Shown: piece by piece, positions 13,420-25,954 of the stretch
Position numbering within the stretch: position 1 is the first letter of the stretch
Layout of the letters: the number at the start of each line of letters is the position of its first letter
Assembly: GCA_026770705.1 (NCBI GenBank)
Contig: JANJGN010000026.1
Location: 23,870,001-23,934,000, forward strand
Length of the DNA stretch: 64,000 bases
DNA from: Isurus oxyrinchus
Taxonomy: Eukaryota
Direction: 5' to 3'
The notes under the pieces: model-generated
Told to the model about the DNA's origin: nothing
Seen by the model: only the letters and a program-made list of their open reading frames with translations
Databases searched by the model: none
Translations under genes and position numbers: made by a program

Positions 13420-13790
13420 TTTTATACATATTCGTTCACGAGATGTGGGCGTCACTGACAAGGCCAGCAGTTTTTGCACATCTCTATTTGCCGTTGAACT
13501 GAATGTCTTGCTAGGCCATTTCAGAGGACAGTTAAGTGTCCACAGCATTGTTGTGCCTCTGGAGTCACAGGTAGGCCAGAACGGGTAAGAACGGGTGAAC
13601 CGGATGATTTTATTTACGACAAAACGATAAATTAATCGTCATCATTACTGAGCCTAGCTTTCAATTCCAACTTTATTGTCACTTGCAAATAAATTCTACT
13701 GGCTGTTGTTTGAAGCCGCGCCACTAGCGTATAAACCTAATGTTTTAGCTTAACAGCCCAATGATATTACCGCTCCTCCACCGTCTCCAA
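13420..13790 (-). mobile_element. HE1-like SINE
   Basis: gatgtgggcgtcactgacaaggccagca...ggagtcacaggtaggccaga...attaccgctcctccaccgtctcc. Confidence 0.8.
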
Positions 13791-14462
13791 TGAAGATTCT
13801 TAGGAGGCATTTTCGAGAAGGAAATTGAGTCCGACTCTTCAGTTTCAGGGATGGGAGTTAAGAAGAAAGCTAAAAAATATGTTTTCAAACGATCTGGAAA
13901 AGGGGATGTAAGTGGTGATATTTCAGAAACCTATTGCAAATTAAATGAAGTGGAAATAATTCATACATCATGGTGTCTTAAATTAAGCAGCAGGAAAAAG
14001 TCAAGTGGACATAGTTTCAAGTTGCTGAAAGGTAATTTTAGGGTTGATATCAGGGTATTGTTTATGGAGAGAGCAACTGAGATTTGGAATACCATCAGAT
14101 TTTAATTTAATAGTACAGGAAATTACAGAGAGTCATAATCGATTTTCATTGTTAACTCCCGTGTCAAGTACAGAGGATGTAGATGTACTTCTTGACTCTT
14201 GTCTTCCCAATGCACTCTGAGATTTTAATATAACTGCTGTCATTTAAACTTTTTTCTGGATAGGTTTGATCGATTATAAACGCAATTTATAATTACAATT
14301 TAATATAATTTCAGGAGTGGGCCTCATCCCTCGTTAATGAGTGCTCTGCTGCGTTGCAATTTTAAGGAAATCCCTGTGAACCTCAGTGGAGGCTGTATTA
14401 CTGTTTCCGTTTATTGGTGTGAGAGCGCCCTCTGGTGAGCACTAATTGGGATTTTCTGTCTG

Positions 14463-14800
14463 GGTCTCTCTCCAGGATACGTGATAACGCTGCATCAGTT
14501 TGGTCTCCATGGCATAGAAATCCAGGACAGTGTGGCAGATCAGGGTGTGACTGATCTTCAATTCAGTATTCTTGGTAATTTCGTTAACATAGAACGGAAT
14601 AGATCAGTGAGTGACGTGTAGGTTCCTGCCGACATCCCACCAGATAAGATGAATGATGTATTGTGGAGGCTGGCCTTGTTGTTCGGTACACCAGTTCACG
14701 TAGGGCAAGAAACGTTTGTCCTCCGACGTGACTTTTGGAAAAGACCATCTTGGTTATAGCAGACACATGGGGAATGGAATTTTACTGCAAAAATAAAGCA
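14463..14800 (-). pseudogene. TCR V pseudogene, paralog of the V at 43738-44236
   Basis: PYVNWCTEQQGQPPQYIIHL..; ends FYAME; RSS remnant CAAACTG-24bp-AGAGAGACC; CTCF motif at about 14424-14439; leader region occupied by a retroelement 3' end at 14800-14920. Confidence 0.8.
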
Positions 14801-15860
14801 TTTTACTATTTCGTTGGACATGGGCGTCACTGGCAAGGCTAGCATCTGTTGTCCATCCCTAACTGCCTTTGCCAAGGTGCTGATGAGGCTTCCTGAACGG
14901 CGATACAATGGGCAATGGAACAACACTATTCAGTTTGATGATCCATGAGGCTGTAACACTGCAATCTTGGAAACCTTATTTCAGAGCGGAAATACAGATC
15001 CTCGCCCCCACCTGCAGTTGAACTAACCAATGTCAAACTTGGACAGCGGCATCAGTCTGTCTAATAGCACAGGGAAAGCAAGCCGGCTCAGGCCGAGAGC
15101 AGCAAACGGAAGTTGCGGCTGATAATGTTTGCTGTTTCATAGGGTGAATCTATTAGGTGGGTCTATTAAGGGAAATATTTAATCTTGTACCGACATCAGT
15201 GCTGATGTCTTTCAATAAAAAGAATTGCTCAATGACAATTGGAGCTTCCCACAGCCGATAAAATAGGGAACGTAAATGCCAAGGTGTCCGGACGGATTCG
15301 ACACAAAGATAGAATATTTCCAACAAAGACCATTTCCATATACCTTAAAATGGGAGTCACTGTCAGATTGATCCAGAATGGAAGAGTTTCAACGGTCGAT
15401 GAGTTCAATGGTGCAGGGGTGAACTGGTCATTCCAATTATTTGGAAAATAATGACGTTAACAATAATCATTTTCACAATAAATTGCTTAACCATGAGGAC
15501 AGAGTTTTCAGACTTCTATTTTAAGTTAATGGCTGCATTTTATTGCATGTTTCTTAGTCATTTAATAAACATTAATAAAGAACAATGTTGTCAGTCTGCG
15601 ACTAGCTCTGACACGCAAAAGATCAAACCTAGTCGCCTGCTGCCCTCTGGTGGAATGTACATTTAAATATTTTTGATGAAAATTTAGAGGAAATGGCGGC
15701 TCAGGGTAATGTGCTCGGTTTGATCACTAGCTCGGATAATAAAGTAATTGAAATAAGGAAACCTTAGACTTATAAAGTGTTTATTTTACACCAGTCTTCG
15801 ATTTCCCCGCCGTATCTTCCGATTTTTGCCAGCCGTGCCTCTGGACTACAGAGAGCTGGG

Positions 15861-16322
15861 GGTTTCTGTACGAGGATTGAACTCGTTTCCATTAGTGCCA
15901 AGCTGCAATGTCGGTCAGCTGCAGCTCCGTGATCGTTAAAGTTATGAATTTAGTGGAACTGTTCAGTTTAGTTAAAAAGTGTTTTTTTTACAAAATCGAC
16001 TTCACTTCAGAACATCTTGGCATTTTATCAGAATAAATTCGGCATGTATGTGAGTGTGATGCCGGTACCCGAATAAATGAAGGCCGCTGCTCCACCTAAC
16101 ATCAGATTTTAACGCCATCACTTCTCCTTCTGTCTTAAACCCTGACGACAGTAGCTGATCTGTGAAAAAAAGGTTCAAACAGGAAAAATCAATCATGTGG
16201 GAGTTTAAAATGCACATTCAATTCGTGTTTAAAACGAACGAAGATATGGAGTGTCTTTGATCCACAGCCATCACCAGCAGCTTGATTTTGCCAGTAAAAA
16301 CCAACAGGATTATAGAAATCAT
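15861..16322 (-). pseudogene. TCR V pseudogene (YYC region deleted)
   Basis: Leader-like MISIILLVFT (16322) without GT; acceptor ttttcacAG near 16160; ..KTEGEV..LFGYRH..TLTITELQLTDIAA; nonamer ACAGAAACC at 15869-15861; CTCF motif at 15641-15653. Confidence 0.75.
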
Positions 16323-18360
16323 GGAAAGAATGTATTGTTGCCGGGAGGAAACTGATTACTGAGAAGTTATGTAATGACACAATCCATAGGAGATGTTTCT
16401 GGAACTCTGCAGCCGGGAAAACCTCTCTTGCGGGGGAAAAGCAAACTCACGTCCCTCTGCACGGCTGTAATAACCAATATCAAACACAGAACAGACGCAG
16501 CAATCCTTCTAGCAAAACAAGCAAGCCAGGTCAGGGCGAGAGCAGCAAGTGAAATTTGCGGGCTGGGCTTTAAATAGTAGTGCTGCCACATGTAAGATCC
16601 ATGTGTGAAGGATTTTCGGTTTGTCCTCACTTTCTGTCACAATGATCCCTTCCCCCTTTCTTTGAAAGATTCCATTCCAAGAAGACAAATCCTGCCCCTG
16701 TGACCTGCCGATGGCGAATATGTGAGTGATAATTCGGAATGTACTCTGTGCCTCACTATAATTACAGATGGAGGAGTATTAGGCATTTCGTGCAATAAAG
16801 AAACACATCCTGCAATATCACTTTAAATTGAACCGGTGAGTTAGAACTGGGAGATAGAGTTTCAAAGGAGAAAATGAAATTATCTGCTGGTATCGAGAAA
16901 TTCATCATCACACACACGATATGGTGAAAGTGTGGAATACGTTTTTGGTTAGAGTGGAGGAAGGATAAACCACTGAATTGTTTGAGGCTAGATTTGAATC
17001 TTAATAGGGCTGCGAGACAGGATCGCTTCGGACGGACGACGCACGATAGGCCACATGGCCTCCCTGAGTCTGAATTACCTTGCCAAATAAAGGAACGCAG
17101 GAGTTCTAATCGGTTGTTACAACTAACCAGCACCAGATGGCAGTGGAGGATGGCTTCAGTGTGTAGGGTTCAGTTTCCGGCCGAGAACAGCTATCAGTAA
17201 CTTTGCTGAATAAAGGCATTAAAGAAAGTTTCAAAAATAGAGGCAATACTTTCAAAGTGTTTTTCTATTTTTATTAATATTGTCGTGTCATTCATGGTCC
17301 AGTTTGTTGCACACTTCTTTCTAGATCTTAAGAATTTTACACATTCTTCGATGCAGAATAAACAACATCTGCCTCCAGCCGGCATCCAATAACTGACTTT
17401 CATCTCCTTCCTGTGTAATTAGTGCCAGATACCTGTCATCGTTCAAACTTCTACAAGGCTCTAGGCTCTCATCGTGTTTTCCTCCCATGTTTCCCGGTTA
17501 TCAGTGATTCCTTGTTCTTTTTAGATGCTACGGAGGTGGGGGAGGGGGGGGGGGGCGGGGGGGCGGGTGGGGGAGATGAGGGAGCGGTGCCGTGGTGGGC
17601 GTTGGGTAACTCTAACAGAAACTGACCCTTTCCCAACGGGGCGCCGCGAGGCGACTTCCTATTCACCTGTCAGCCAGCAGCCTGATCAGCTGTATAAAAG
17701 CTTTGCGCTCATCTACCTGCACATGTATATATACATTCTTTATTCATTATCAATAAGGTACGGATGTCCTAGACTTTATAGTTCAACTGCCAGTATGCAG
17801 GCATTACTTGTCAGACCAGCCTCATTTGTTATCCCTCTCGCCGCTGAGCAAGAGGTTTCTGGATTCCAGTCCACAGGAGCCCCCAGGATCATTGCGGGTA
17901 CCCCAGTGCAGTCCTCCGGGAAGGGTGCACCTTTCTGATGAGGTGTCAAATCGTGATCGTCATTTACCCTCATATGTGGCGTGATAAATCGCAACGCCAC
18001 TTTTTCAAAGAAGAGCAGGCGAATTGTCTTGGTTAACATCTATACACCCATAATGGTCTCTGGAACAGACAGGCAATTAAACGATTACTGTTTGAAGGAT
18101 CATGCTGGGTGCAAATTGGCTGGTGAGTTTTCTACATTACTTTCTAACAATGACGGAAAAACAATTTGGGGCATCACGATACGCGCTATATGAACACTCT
18201 AATTTCTTTTTCTGAACTTCCCACATTTGAATATTTTAATGATATATTCAATAAGATTGGAGTTATAAATAAAAGGTATCGCTTATTCGGGAACCTGTTC
18301 AGACTCACTCCAGATCACAATGTTTGTGTCATGCTCTGTAATGTTGAGAGACTCTTTGAC

Positions 18361-18399
18361 AGTTTTTGTACAGGTTCAGCCCAGCCCCGAGTCTCTGTG
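18361..18399 (-). other. 23-RSS
   Basis: CACAGAG-23bp-ACAAAAACT abutting the V end. Confidence 0.95.
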
Positions 18400-18731
18400 G
18401 GTCTCAGTGCGCAGTAATACACCGCGGAGTCTGCCAATTCTGTTTCAGACACTTTAACCGAATCGTTGAGCTCCGCTGAAAAACGGTCTCCAGGAAATCT
18501 CTGTTTGTTACCGATGTATCCAATCCTCCGCAGCAGATACTCCATGGATCTGCTGGGATGCTGACGATACCAGAATAAGTTGAGATCGTTGCTGTATGTA
18601 GCTGTATAATTACAGAACAACCGAACATTGTCTCCTTCACTCGCTGTGACTGCAGCCGGTGCCTGTGAAACGGAATCTCCTCGACAATGTCCTGTAAGAG
18701 CCAAGAGTAAGATTAAATTAAACGATGTCAT
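18400..18731 (-). CDS. TCR alpha/delta V segment, open frame; leader atypical; FR3 about 5 aa short
   Basis: MTSFNLILLLALTGHCRG-DSVSQAP..LFCNY..WYRQHP..DSAVYYCALRP; acceptor-like cttacAG at 18693-18692. Confidence 0.9.
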
Positions 18732-19324
18732 TTCACTTTGTTCATGCGCTTTAATAGGCCCATCGCCCTGAACAATAACCTGAGAAATGAATCGTGGGAG
18801 CTAAACACAAATATATTCCCCACCGCTCAGTGGCTCTAATGGGAAGTGCTTGGACCGAATAAACAAAACCTCCTTCAATGAACATTCGGCACCTTCTATC
18901 GAAATCAGGTCCTCAGCTTCGTGTCCTGTAATTTGAAGGGAAACTGAAAACTCTCGGTGAGCTTAAAGCTTAAAGGTGTTTGTCAAGTTCGTCTCCGGCT
19001 CAGGCTGGGCCTGTAATCTCACTTCAACTCTTCCAGCCTCATTTATTCGGGCATATTTCCGACTACCATGCAGCGACAAAGTGGATTTTCTCATTTGGCA
19101 TCAACATATTTTTACCACCTGTTAATCAAACTGTCCGATTGAATGTAGTGAATGGTAAAGATGTGACTCGCAGAGTTGTACAATTTATGAACCTACCAGT
19201 GAAACGAGCTGCTGCTGTGAGGAATAAACAGAAAGCAACAAGAGACATGTTTGTAGAGAGCTCGCGGCGCATCTAACCAGAATAGGGTGAAGCTGAAATT
19301 GTTTTAGTCAAGAGTTGGCAAGAA

Positions 19325-19425
19325 GTGGCGTTATATCCCGGCCTCTGCTGATTGGTTCATTGCTGATTGGGTCACCAATCAGCTGAAAGCTTCTTTGTGT
19401 TTCATTCAACCAATCAGGTCGCAGC
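19325..19425. promoter_or_regulatory. CCAAT-box cluster about 600 bp upstream of the V at 18731
   Basis: gctgattgg x2, ccaatcag x2 within about 75 bp. Confidence 0.45.
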
Positions 19426-19714
19426 TCCTTTGATCTCTAATTCGTATCACCAGCGTCGGGAGAACGGAAGGAACCGAATGTATTCATCTCACAACAGGGA
19501 ATTGGACAGGGATTAAACCCGATGTTCACCCCTTAACAGGTTCAATCGGTAAAACGGAGAGAGAAGGAAAGAGCTGATCTCTGACTATGAAAACACCGTT
19601 AGCCCTAGTTAACCATAATTCGTTAACCCTCAAAACCACAGGCTTCCGTTGGAAATTGATGTCTGCATTTAAACTTATGTGATTAAATAAACTCGTCAAG
19701 CGACCATCCAAAAA

Positions 19715-20010
19715 AAATCCCAAACCCGCAAACCCTCCCTCCGAGAAGGACAAGGGCGGCAGGCACCGCCGGCTGCAAGTCTCCTCCAAGCCACACACAA
19801 GCATAACTGGAAACTATAACGACCGCCCCTTCACTGTCGCTGGATCTAAATCGTGGGACTCCCTCCCTAACAGCACTGTGGGTGTACCTACAGCACATGG
19901 AATGCAGTGGTTCAAGAAGATGGCTCACCATCACCTACTCAAGAGCTATTAGGGGTGGGGAGGAAATGCTGGTCGGGCCAGCGACTTTCAATACCAGTAA
20001 AGCATGGAAA
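19715..20010 (+). mobile_element. CR1/HER1-like LINE 3' end
   Basis: Homologous to 28680-28960 and 47580-47865. Confidence 0.8.
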
Positions 20011-20431
20011 AATGTCCTCAACCTGTCGCCCGCTCGGATAGTCAAACCAACGACCAACGACTAATGAGGCACCCTACTGCACTCGGGTTTCGGCCAATTA
20101 GTCCGTGTCAATCATCTCAGTACGAGGACTGATAAAGTTCTGCAAGGCGCGTATGGTTTATGTCGCCACAGATGCTGACTGACTTTTTTTGCATAATCAT
20201 TCGCTCAACCGCCCTCTGGTGACGAGAGCGTATAAACTTTTACAAACCAGTTTCAGAGAAAGCAGTTGGCTCAGGGTTATGTGCTCTGCTGAAAGGCAGA
20301 CTTAATTGATATCACCACTGAACATTGGAACATGATAGATTTTCTAAATGATTATGTTGGGATGATCTTCGTATCCAGTCGTCTTGTAACTGAATTCTTG
20401 AAGTGGATTTTCAAATCCACAAACTGACGGA

Positions 20432-20830
20432 TGTGCCTGTATGAGGGTATAACTTGTTTCCAACACGGTGAGCATCAGGGCGCAGGAATATACTGCAGTT
20501 AGATACAGCCCAGTGAAGGCTAATGAATTTTGTCAAGCCGCCGACATTTACAGACCAATGCATTTTAGCAAAATCTGCTTCATTTTTCAAAACCTTCTAA
20601 GCATTACATAAACTAAGCTTTGGCTGTGTTTCAGCTTGTTGTTGGTACCAGCTGCCGCATCTGTTTCTGTCTTATGCCCTGCGGATAGTGTCTGAGCGAC
20701 AATATCTCCATGGCTCAGATATCAGAAATATGTAATAAACAAGGAAAGATCAAAAAGACGGGAGTCTTGGCCTGGAGGAGGGTAACTTATGAAAAGCAGA
20801 TATGCAGCCACCAGATACCGTCAACAAATA
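20432..20830 (-). pseudogene. TCR V pseudogene, paralog of 15861-16322
   Basis: SHGDIVAQT..WYQQQAETQP..EADFAK..AVYSCALM; RSS CACCGTG-23bp-ACAGGCACA (20470-20432); donor mutated to ATAAGT; CTCF motif at 20209-20222. Confidence 0.8.
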
Positions 20831-21659
20831 AATAAAACTTCTAAAAGAAAAACAATCGAAGGAGAGTTTAGAATCGGAAATTGTTGAATGTAATTTTGAG
20901 CCTGGAAGCCTGTAAAGTTGCACCTTGCCGCCGCCAGAGGGCAGTGGGCGACAGTGTTGGGCTCAGTGTCGGGTTGAATTCTGGTCTCACAACAGTGTTC
21001 AGAAACTTTACTGAAGAAAATTGACGAAAAGAACAAATGCAGAAACAGAAACATTATTTTTTTTCAATGTTTATATTACTCTTGGTAGGTTGTATCTATC
21101 TGAAAGTAAAGAAAATGCATCCACGCACATGGGTTCGAACTGTAAAGTGAGATGTTAAGACTAATATCAAGACAGTCCTGGTGTCACAATGAGATGGATC
21201 ACAGTGTGGAACAAACTTTCAGCCAGAATGCGTGAGGAAAATACTCTGGAATGCTTGGATGCTTAGGTTAAGGGGAGTTATAGGGCCTTTACGGATAGGG
21301 GAGCGATATGAGGAAGGAGGCAATAGCAACTCTAATTTGTAACTACCTTGAGAACTGCAGCTTGGCGGGAATTCATGTGAATTATTTCACCCATGCAATT
21401 GTCAGCGCGCATCAGCAGAGAGCAGTGTGAATCACTGAGAAATATTGAATGTGGATCTTCCGGTGTGAGCTCAGAGACAGTGTGAGCTGTGTCAGTGTGA
21501 AGGCTAAAGTGGGTTAACCTCAAGACTCAGTTTCTGTCGTTAGTTCGACAGGAATGCGCCTCTGAGTTGCTCCTTGTACGTTCTTCAGTTTGTAATATCC
21601 ATCCCCTGGTTTTAACCTGACCCTCCGGACAATTTTCTCAACCAGCATTTCATGTGGTC

Positions 21660-22025
21660 TGATAATACTTCGGATTTAGATACTGCTTCTGCTGTTTTCC
21701 AGCAGAAGCGGGAATCACATCTATGAAGTGCTCCATCACCATTGCGTTTGACATCGTGCGTTGGTGCAGACGGATTCCGAATCAGCACCCCCCTCCCAGC
21801 CCACCCCACGCCCCCTCCCACTGACCAACCCCTCGCCCACCGCGCCCAGCATCTATTGATGACCACAAGAGGAACTGATCAACAAGAGATGATCACTGCT
21901 TCAATCGAGGCAGGCACCAAACTCCGTCCCGTGATGGAGAGGTGCTTGGGTTACAGACACTGCCGCCTATCTCTGTGCCGTAAGACCACAGCCTAACAGT
22001 CAAATGAAGAGCTAGTACAGAAACC
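21660..22025 (+). pseudogene. TCR V pseudogene, paralog of the V at 37038
   Basis: MKCSIT..VRWCRRIP [C-rich insert 21787-21845] QHLLMTTRGTDQ..DTAAYLCAVR; RSS CACAGCC-23bp-ACAGAAACC (21987-22025); FR1 deleted, frameshifts. Confidence 0.9.
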
Positions 22026-23029
22026 TGGACCAAGTGGGCAAACCGCACCGCTGTGTTTCGAGCATCGGCCTTTCGGGTGGTGCTTTTACAAAAACCCAGG
22101 GTAGGGGCTATGCAAGCAAAACAAAAAATAAAATCTGGAAATGAAATACTTAAAGATAGTCAGAAACGAAGAGAGTTGGAAACAAAGGAGAGGAAAAAAG
22201 CTAAAATTATCGCACAATCCAGAATGAGTGGGAGAAAAACAGAAAGCGAAAAGGTGCATAATAATCGGTGAAGAGGACAGAAAATTAGGAAACAATCGAA
22301 AGATAAGAAAAAGCAAGTAAAAATTAACGAGTGTGATGCATAGAGGTAAAGATCAGATAAAATAATTGTTGAAGAGTAGCTTATATAAAGTAAAATACCT
22401 TTCCTTTAACTTCGCTCATATTTCCTTGATAGTTGCACATTTGAATTTTTTGAAGTACGTTCCTGAAGAAGTAGTTGTTGGAAATTGTCCCATAGATAAA
22501 TTTTCATTCTGCTCATTTTTCTAATGGTGTAATATTCTTAGATTTCCCACCAGAAGGCGCAGTGGTTACATGTTCCTCGCTGTTATCAATTAGAGCGGCA
22601 GAACTGGCGGAAACACTGCCAGCTGCAATCCCGCCAACAACTTCCGTTTGCAATTACTCTCACCAGCACTTGAAGATGCCGGTTTAATCTTAACAAAGGG
22701 GTAATAGCAGTAAATATGCAGCGTTTGGTCTCGTCCTGCACCGCAGTGTTTATGTAATATTCTGGGATTTGAGGCAGGAAGAGAAAACATTGAAACACTT
22801 GCAAATAACGGAAAATGGCACCTGAAATAACAAAGTCCTTTTTGTCCCGTCTCCCCAGCCCCCGCTGAATGTCGGCACCAACCTGTTACATTTTCTGAAT
22901 TATATTTAGCCTAATGAACAATAACAGACCACTAATCTGTTGAGCTATAGCCTGGGAAAACGGTGCGCTCGCTAAATTTTGCATTAGTAGAATTGTCACT
23001 TTCATCATACCGAATGAAAACGCCCCAAT

Positions 23030-23420
23030 CCACAGATTTCAGCACAAAATCCTGCCTAACATTTGAAGAAGAGCTGCAATTTCGGACATGTCACTTTTTG
23101 GATGTGAATTGAAACCGAGTTCTTGCCTGAACGTTCTCGTGGCATAAAATTTCCAATTGCATTACTTTTGGAAGAACGTGGGGATTGTCCCTGGCGTATT
23201 GTTCCAATATTTAGACTTATTCATATCTAATATCAGGTTAAATATTTATTATCACATTTCTCTTTCTTGGATCCTGTTGTAAGTATTATTTTCTGGTTCG
23301 TTCCCCTGTATTGCAACATTTTAACTTCTAAATCATTCCATTAGATATAATAGTGCAAAGCACTTTGGGATATCACGAGGGCGTGAAAGGTGCTAGAAAA
23401 ATGCAAGTTCTTTCATTCTA
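23030..23420 (+). mobile_element. Deu-domain SINE, degenerate
   Basis: Similar to 38765-39200; tail aaaggtgctagaaaaatgcaagttctttc. Confidence 0.6.
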
Positions 23421-23509
23421 AATAAATATAATTCATATTGGAAATTAAATAGTCAAAAGTTTGAAAAGCCCATTATAACTTTGAGAATGTCCTTAATTAT
23501 AAGCTATAT

Positions 23510-24160
23510 ATCTGCCTGAGAAGTGTTTATGGGAAATTGTAAAGAAGGCTTTACTCTATAACTGACAGAGTTGAATCAAATCTGAGAATGCTTTGTGGAA
23601 AGTATAGAGGGAGATTTAACCTGTTTCGAACAAAGTTGCATCAAAATTGGAGTGTTATACAGGTGCAGGTTGGAGAGAGCGTTACTCTGTATCTAATAGT
23701 TGCGTCAAATCCGGGAGTGATTTACAGGGACAGTATGGAGGGAGCTTCACTCTGTAGCTAACCCCGTGCTGTACTTGCCCTGGGAGTATTCTTTGTGGAC
23801 AGTATAGAGGGAGCTTTATTCTGTATCTAATCTCGTGCTGTACCTATCCTGGGAGTGTTTGATGGGGACAGTATAGAGGGACCTTTACTCTGTAGCTAAC
23901 CCCGTGCTGTAACTGTCCTGGGAGTATTTGATGTGGACAGTATAGAAGGAGCTTTTCTCTGTTTCTAATCTCGTACTGTACCTATCCTAGGAGTGTTTGA
24001 TGGGGACTGTATAGAGGGACCTTTACTCTGTAGCTAACTCCGTGCTGTACCTGCCCTGGGAGTATTTGATGTGGACAGTATAGAGGGTGCTTTACTCTGT
24101 ACCCCGTGCTGTACTTGTCCTGGGCTTCTTTTTGACAGCGTAGAGGGAGCTTTACTTCGA
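23510..24160. repeat. 69-bp tandem repeat, about 9 units
   Basis: Unit gggagtgtttgatggggacagtatagagggagctttactctgtatctaaccccgtgctgtacctgtcct; unit starts near 23851, 23920, 23989, 24058. Confidence 0.95.
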
Positions 24161-25109
24161 GAGGGAATGAAATAGAGAAAGGGCGCGCAGAGAAAGAAAG
24201 AGAGAGAGAGATCGGGATCATTAAATATTCATATACAACTTTAAAACTGATATTATTATTCTAAAATGAGTTGGTTTTGTAGTTAAACCGACTGTCTTTT
24301 TTCAAGAACTGTTTGGTCGGGCCTTCAGAAACACAAGATATTTTTGAAAAAATTGCTTTGTTTTCTGTTTTTTCTGAAATAATCCTTTTCGGTCCAGCCA
24401 AAGAAGTCCCTCGAAGTTATTGTTCTGTCAGAATCTTCAGTTTTTGCTCTTTTATGCGCCCTGGCATTTGAAAGTCAACTTCTAATTAAGTCTTGACGGA
24501 AAGTTATCTGTTCGTGTTTCCACCGACTGTATAATTTTCAATGTTAGCGTCCATCACTTCCTTTCCTCTAATATGTTTCACGTTCAGTTAAGTTTAAAAA
24601 AACAATGCATCAGAGAGCTTGGAAATTGAAAATAAAATGATTTCGGTAATAACGACTTTTTTTCACTATGTTGCCTGCTGTGTTCCGTTATAATGCAGTT
24701 TTGGCTCCTTATTTTGCTCAGGAGTATTATAACAAATTATACGCATTTTGTGAAATTTATCAATTGGTTTACTTTGTCTGCTACTCTCTGTCTACCTTCA
24801 TTCGATTCCATGGATATGTTTCGTCCAAGTAGATATTAACATCCGATCTCAGCAACTGTAATTTTTGACGATTCGTATTTGGCATTAATTCCGATTTGTC
24901 AATGAAGAGAAAATGTCCACTAAATGGGAGCACCATCCTGTGAATGGGGAATTTGTAATCAATATGAGAGATAAGTGTGACTGATGATTTAGTAGAAGTG
25001 CCAGCGAGATTACATTTAATCACATGACACTTTTAAATGCTGCATTAAGAGGGCAGCAAAGACACCAAATATATCAGGAAATATATGAATACAGCCAGAA
25101 GTTGCTTCC

Positions 25110-25667
25110 CAACACGAATTACCTTGCTAGGCCATTCTAGAGGGCAGTTAAGGCTCAACTACATGGCCAGGGCTGTGGAGTCACGTGAAGGCCAGACCAG
25201 GTAAGGACTGCAGGTTCCCTTCCCTAAAGGACATTAAGAGAATCAGATTTTTTTTAATGACAACAGATGATCGCCATTGAGACTAACCTGTTTTCAATTC
25301 GAGATTGTTTTTATTAAGTAATTGAACAGATTCAATTCCACCAGTTGCTGTGGGGGTCGGATTGGCGGGGTGGGGGGGGGGGGGGGGGGTGGGGATCGGG
25401 GTGGTGGGGGTGGGGGGGGGGTGAAGATTGAACCCAGTTTCCACATCAGCACCGTGTGAGAGTTAGAGAAGTTTTGTAAAGCGGGGAGGACACAATAAAA
25501 TAAGGAAGATAACAATCCTGGAAATATTGCGTTACATCATAAAGTAATCACAATGTAATACAAGGCAGTCAACCTATGAAAGTGACCGACACCGACAAGT
25601 CAACGCCTTCCTAAGTCAACTAAGGTCTCACAGGGATCAGTGACATTACCGCTGCGCCACAGTCTCG
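25110..25667 (-). mobile_element. HE1-like SINE interrupted by a G-tract and an inverted local duplication
   Basis: SINE body 25110-25451 resumes at 25638-25667 (cagtgacattaccgctgcgccac). Confidence 0.8.
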
Positions 25668-25954
25668 CATAATTGCGAAAATAAAACGGCAATTCTTTAC
25701 TTACATCGCCGTGAACCGTGCCCAGGTTCCAACAATTGCAATGAAAAAAAAACTGAAAACTATTCAATAGTGCAGAAGATCAATTAGGGAATCCTAAGAA
25801 TTCTTCGTCGCTTAGATCACTTAGGAACGCGTTGACTTGTCGATGTATTACATTGTGATTACTTTATGATGTGATGCAATATTTCCAGGAATATTGACCT
25901 CTTGAATTTAGTCTGTTCTCCCCGCTTGACAAAACTTCTCCAACTCTCACACGG
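25452..25954. repeat. Imperfect inverted repeat, arms about 25452-25624 and 25811-25954
   Basis: ccgtgtgagagttagagaagttttgt... pairs with ...acaaaacttctccaactctcacacgg. Confidence 0.9.

Noticed and set aside
22088-22096. Isolated consensus nonamers (also 3357-3365)
   Set aside because: No heptamer at 12 or 23 bp
23510-24160. CRISPR array
   Set aside because: Contiguous tandem units with no unique spacers, in a vertebrate locus
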